DNA of 64,000 nucleotides from NCBI RefSeq assembly GCF_056746865.1, contig NZ_CM163382.1; one strand, 5' to 3'. Shown piece by piece: positions 62,287 to 64,000 of this stretch (position 1 is its first letter; each line of letters starts with the position of its first letter). The notes under the pieces were generated by a model. It saw only the letters and a program-made list of their open reading frames with translations, ran no database searches and was not told where the DNA came from. The position numbers and the translations under genes were made by a program.

Positions 62287-63213
62287 TCAGCATGACGCAT
62301 TTGAGAATGTTGAATTTACAATTGCCGACTCAGGCACTGCGGTGAGCCGCCAGTTTTTGACGGCTGACTGAAGGATTTGCTCGACGCTGAAATCCTGCCA
62401 GTGTGTTTCTACCTGCTGACCCAGAAAATGAAGTGCCGCGATTAACACCGGGCGTGGATCGCCTTTCGGCAACGCAGGCGCATGATTCTGCTTGGAAAGT
62501 TTAGCGCCTTGTGGATTAAGCGCCAGCGGTAAATGGATGTAATCTGGCACTTTCCAGCCAAAAAGCTGGTACAGCGAGATTTGCCGCACTGTCGGTTCGA
62601 TCAAATCTGCCCCCCGGACAATTTCGCTCACGCCCTGGAAGTGATCATCCACCACCACCGCCAGGTTATAGGCAAACAAACCATCACGGCGATGAATAAT
62701 AAAATCTTCCCGTGCCAGTTTTTCGTCGGCGTGAATAATGCCTCGCAGCAGGTCAGTAAACTGGGTGACCGGATGCTGCTGGCGGATACGTACTGCGGCG
62801 TTGTCTGGTCCATGATGCAATTCCCGGCAATGGCCGTCGTAAATACCGCCAATGCTTTGAATACGCGCACGCGTGCAGGTGCAGTAATAACTTAATCCTT
62901 GCTCATGTAACCAGGCGAGTGCTTCGCGATAGGCGTGGTGACGTTGCGATTGCCAGAGAACATCGCCGTCCCAGTGCAGGCCGTAATGTTCCAGCTGGCG
63001 CAGGATAGTATCTGCGGCACCGGGAACTTCACGAGGCGGGTCGATATCTTCAATGCGTACCAGCCAGCGACCGTGCCGGGCGCGAGCCTGTAAATAGCTG
63101 CCAAGCGCGGCAATCAGAGAGCCAAAATGAAGCTCGCCGGAAGGAGAGGGGGCAAAGCGGCCAATATAGTGTGTGTCTGTCATCTCGTTGAACAAAAAAT
63201 AAGGCGGGAGCAT
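62287..63213 (-). CDS. gluQ: Glutamyl-queuosine tRNA(Asp) synthetase GluQ (YadB)
   Basis: 308-aa ORF with class I aaRS HIGH-type motif ([14 protein letters not shown]); alternative ATG at 63183 ([10 protein letters not shown]) possible. Confidence 0.8.
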   Translation of the reverse strand: MLPPYFLFNEMTDTHYIGRFAPSPSGELHFGSLIAALGSYLQARARHGRWLVRIEDIDPPREVPGAADTILRQLEHYGLHWDGDVLWQSQRHHAYREALAWLHEQGLSYYCTCTRARIQSIGGIYDGHCRELHHGPDNAAVRIRQQHPVTQFTDLLRGIIHADEKLAREDFIIHRRDGLFAYNLAVVVDDHFQGVSEIVRGADLIEPTVRQISLYQLFGWKVPDYIHLPLALNPQGAKLSKQNHAPALPKGDPRPVLIAALHFLGQQVETHWQDFSVEQILQSAVKNWRLTAVPESAIVNSTFSNASC

Positions 63214-63249
63214 TTCCCGCCTGTGGTAAACGTGATGGAACGGCTGTAA

Positions 63250-63705
63250 TTAGCCAGCCATCTGTTTTTCGCGAATTTCAGCCAGCGTTTTGCAGTCGAT
63301 GCACAGATCGGCTGTCGGGCGCGCTTCCAGACGGCGAATACCAATTTCAACACCGCAGGATTCGCAGTAGCCGAAATCTTCGTCTTCCACTTTTTTCAGC
63401 GTTTTCTCGATCTTTTTGATCAGCTTACGCTCGCGATCGCGGTTACGCAGTTCGAGGCTGAACTCTTCTTCCTGGGCTGCACGGTCTACCGGGTCCGGGA
63501 AGTTGGCTGCTTCATCCTGCATATGTGTAACGGTGCGATCGACTTCATCCCTGAGTTGATTACGCCATGCTTCCAGAATACGACGGAAGTGCGCCAGCTG
63601 GGCTTCATTCATATACTCTTCGCCCGGCTTCTCCTGATATGGTTCCACCCCAGCGATGGCGAGAATACTCAGGGACGATGTTTTACGGTTTTGCCCTTCT
63701 TGCAT
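63250..63705 (-). CDS. dksA: RNA polymerase-binding transcription factor DksA
   Basis: ATG at 63705 gives 151 aa [19 protein letters not shown]... with C4 zinc finger [25 protein letters not shown]. Confidence 0.95.
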   Translation of the reverse strand: MQEGQNRKTSSLSILAIAGVEPYQEKPGEEYMNEAQLAHFRRILEAWRNQLRDEVDRTVTHMQDEAANFPDPVDRAAQEEEFSLELRNRDRERKLIKKIEKTLKKVEDEDFGYCESCGVEIGIRRLEARPTADLCIDCKTLAEIREKQMAG

Positions 63706-63882
63706 GTTGCTTCTCCTTAACACGCACTATCGATCCCCATGTTCGGGGGAAAAATGAGGCCGCTATAAATAGCAGATGCTTTTCCGGATAGCAATTATCT
63801 AAACGTAACACTTGACAACTGTGTGAGGAAAAGCGTATTTGCGCACGCGACCAGAATGTAAATTAACCAGTTACTTACTCTA

Positions 63883-63999
<117 letters not shown>

Positions 64000-64000
64000 C

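Overview
This window reads as a syntenic stretch of Escherichia coli core chromosome (the K-12-like 2-4 min region), running from the 3' end of murD through the dcw cell-division cluster to dksA and the 3' end of sfsA. Gene order is: murD'-ftsW-murG-murC-ddlB-ftsQ-ftsA-ftsZ-lpxC-secM-secA-mutT; then yacG-zapD-coaE (minus), guaC, hofC-hofB-ppdD (minus), nadC, ampD-ampE, aroP, pdhR-aceE-aceF-lpd, yacH, acnB, yacL, speD-speE, yacC, cueO, gcd, hpt, can, yadG-yadH-yadI-yadE, panD, rpnC(yadD), panC-panB, the yad chaperone-usher fimbrial operon (yadN-yadV-htrE-minor subunits-yadC), folK-pcnB-gluQ-dksA, sfsA'. Calls rest on the supplied six-frame ORF track plus recognition of the translated products; start codons were adjusted where the ORF is longer than the known protein. 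I see no rRNA, tRNA, CRISPR array or prophage. The only mobile element is a complete 1331-bp IS2 with a 5-bp target duplication, inserted in the fimbrial adhesin gene yadC. I do not find a convincing novel multi-gene system here. The most interesting loci are the rpnC locus (in-frame 12-bp tandem repeats plus a partial tandem duplication of its 3' end that yields a stand-alone 71-aa ORF), the IS2-disrupted yad fimbrial operon, the repeat-rich protein YacH, and the poorly characterised yadGHIE cluster. No alignment or database search could be run; all identities are from reading the translations.
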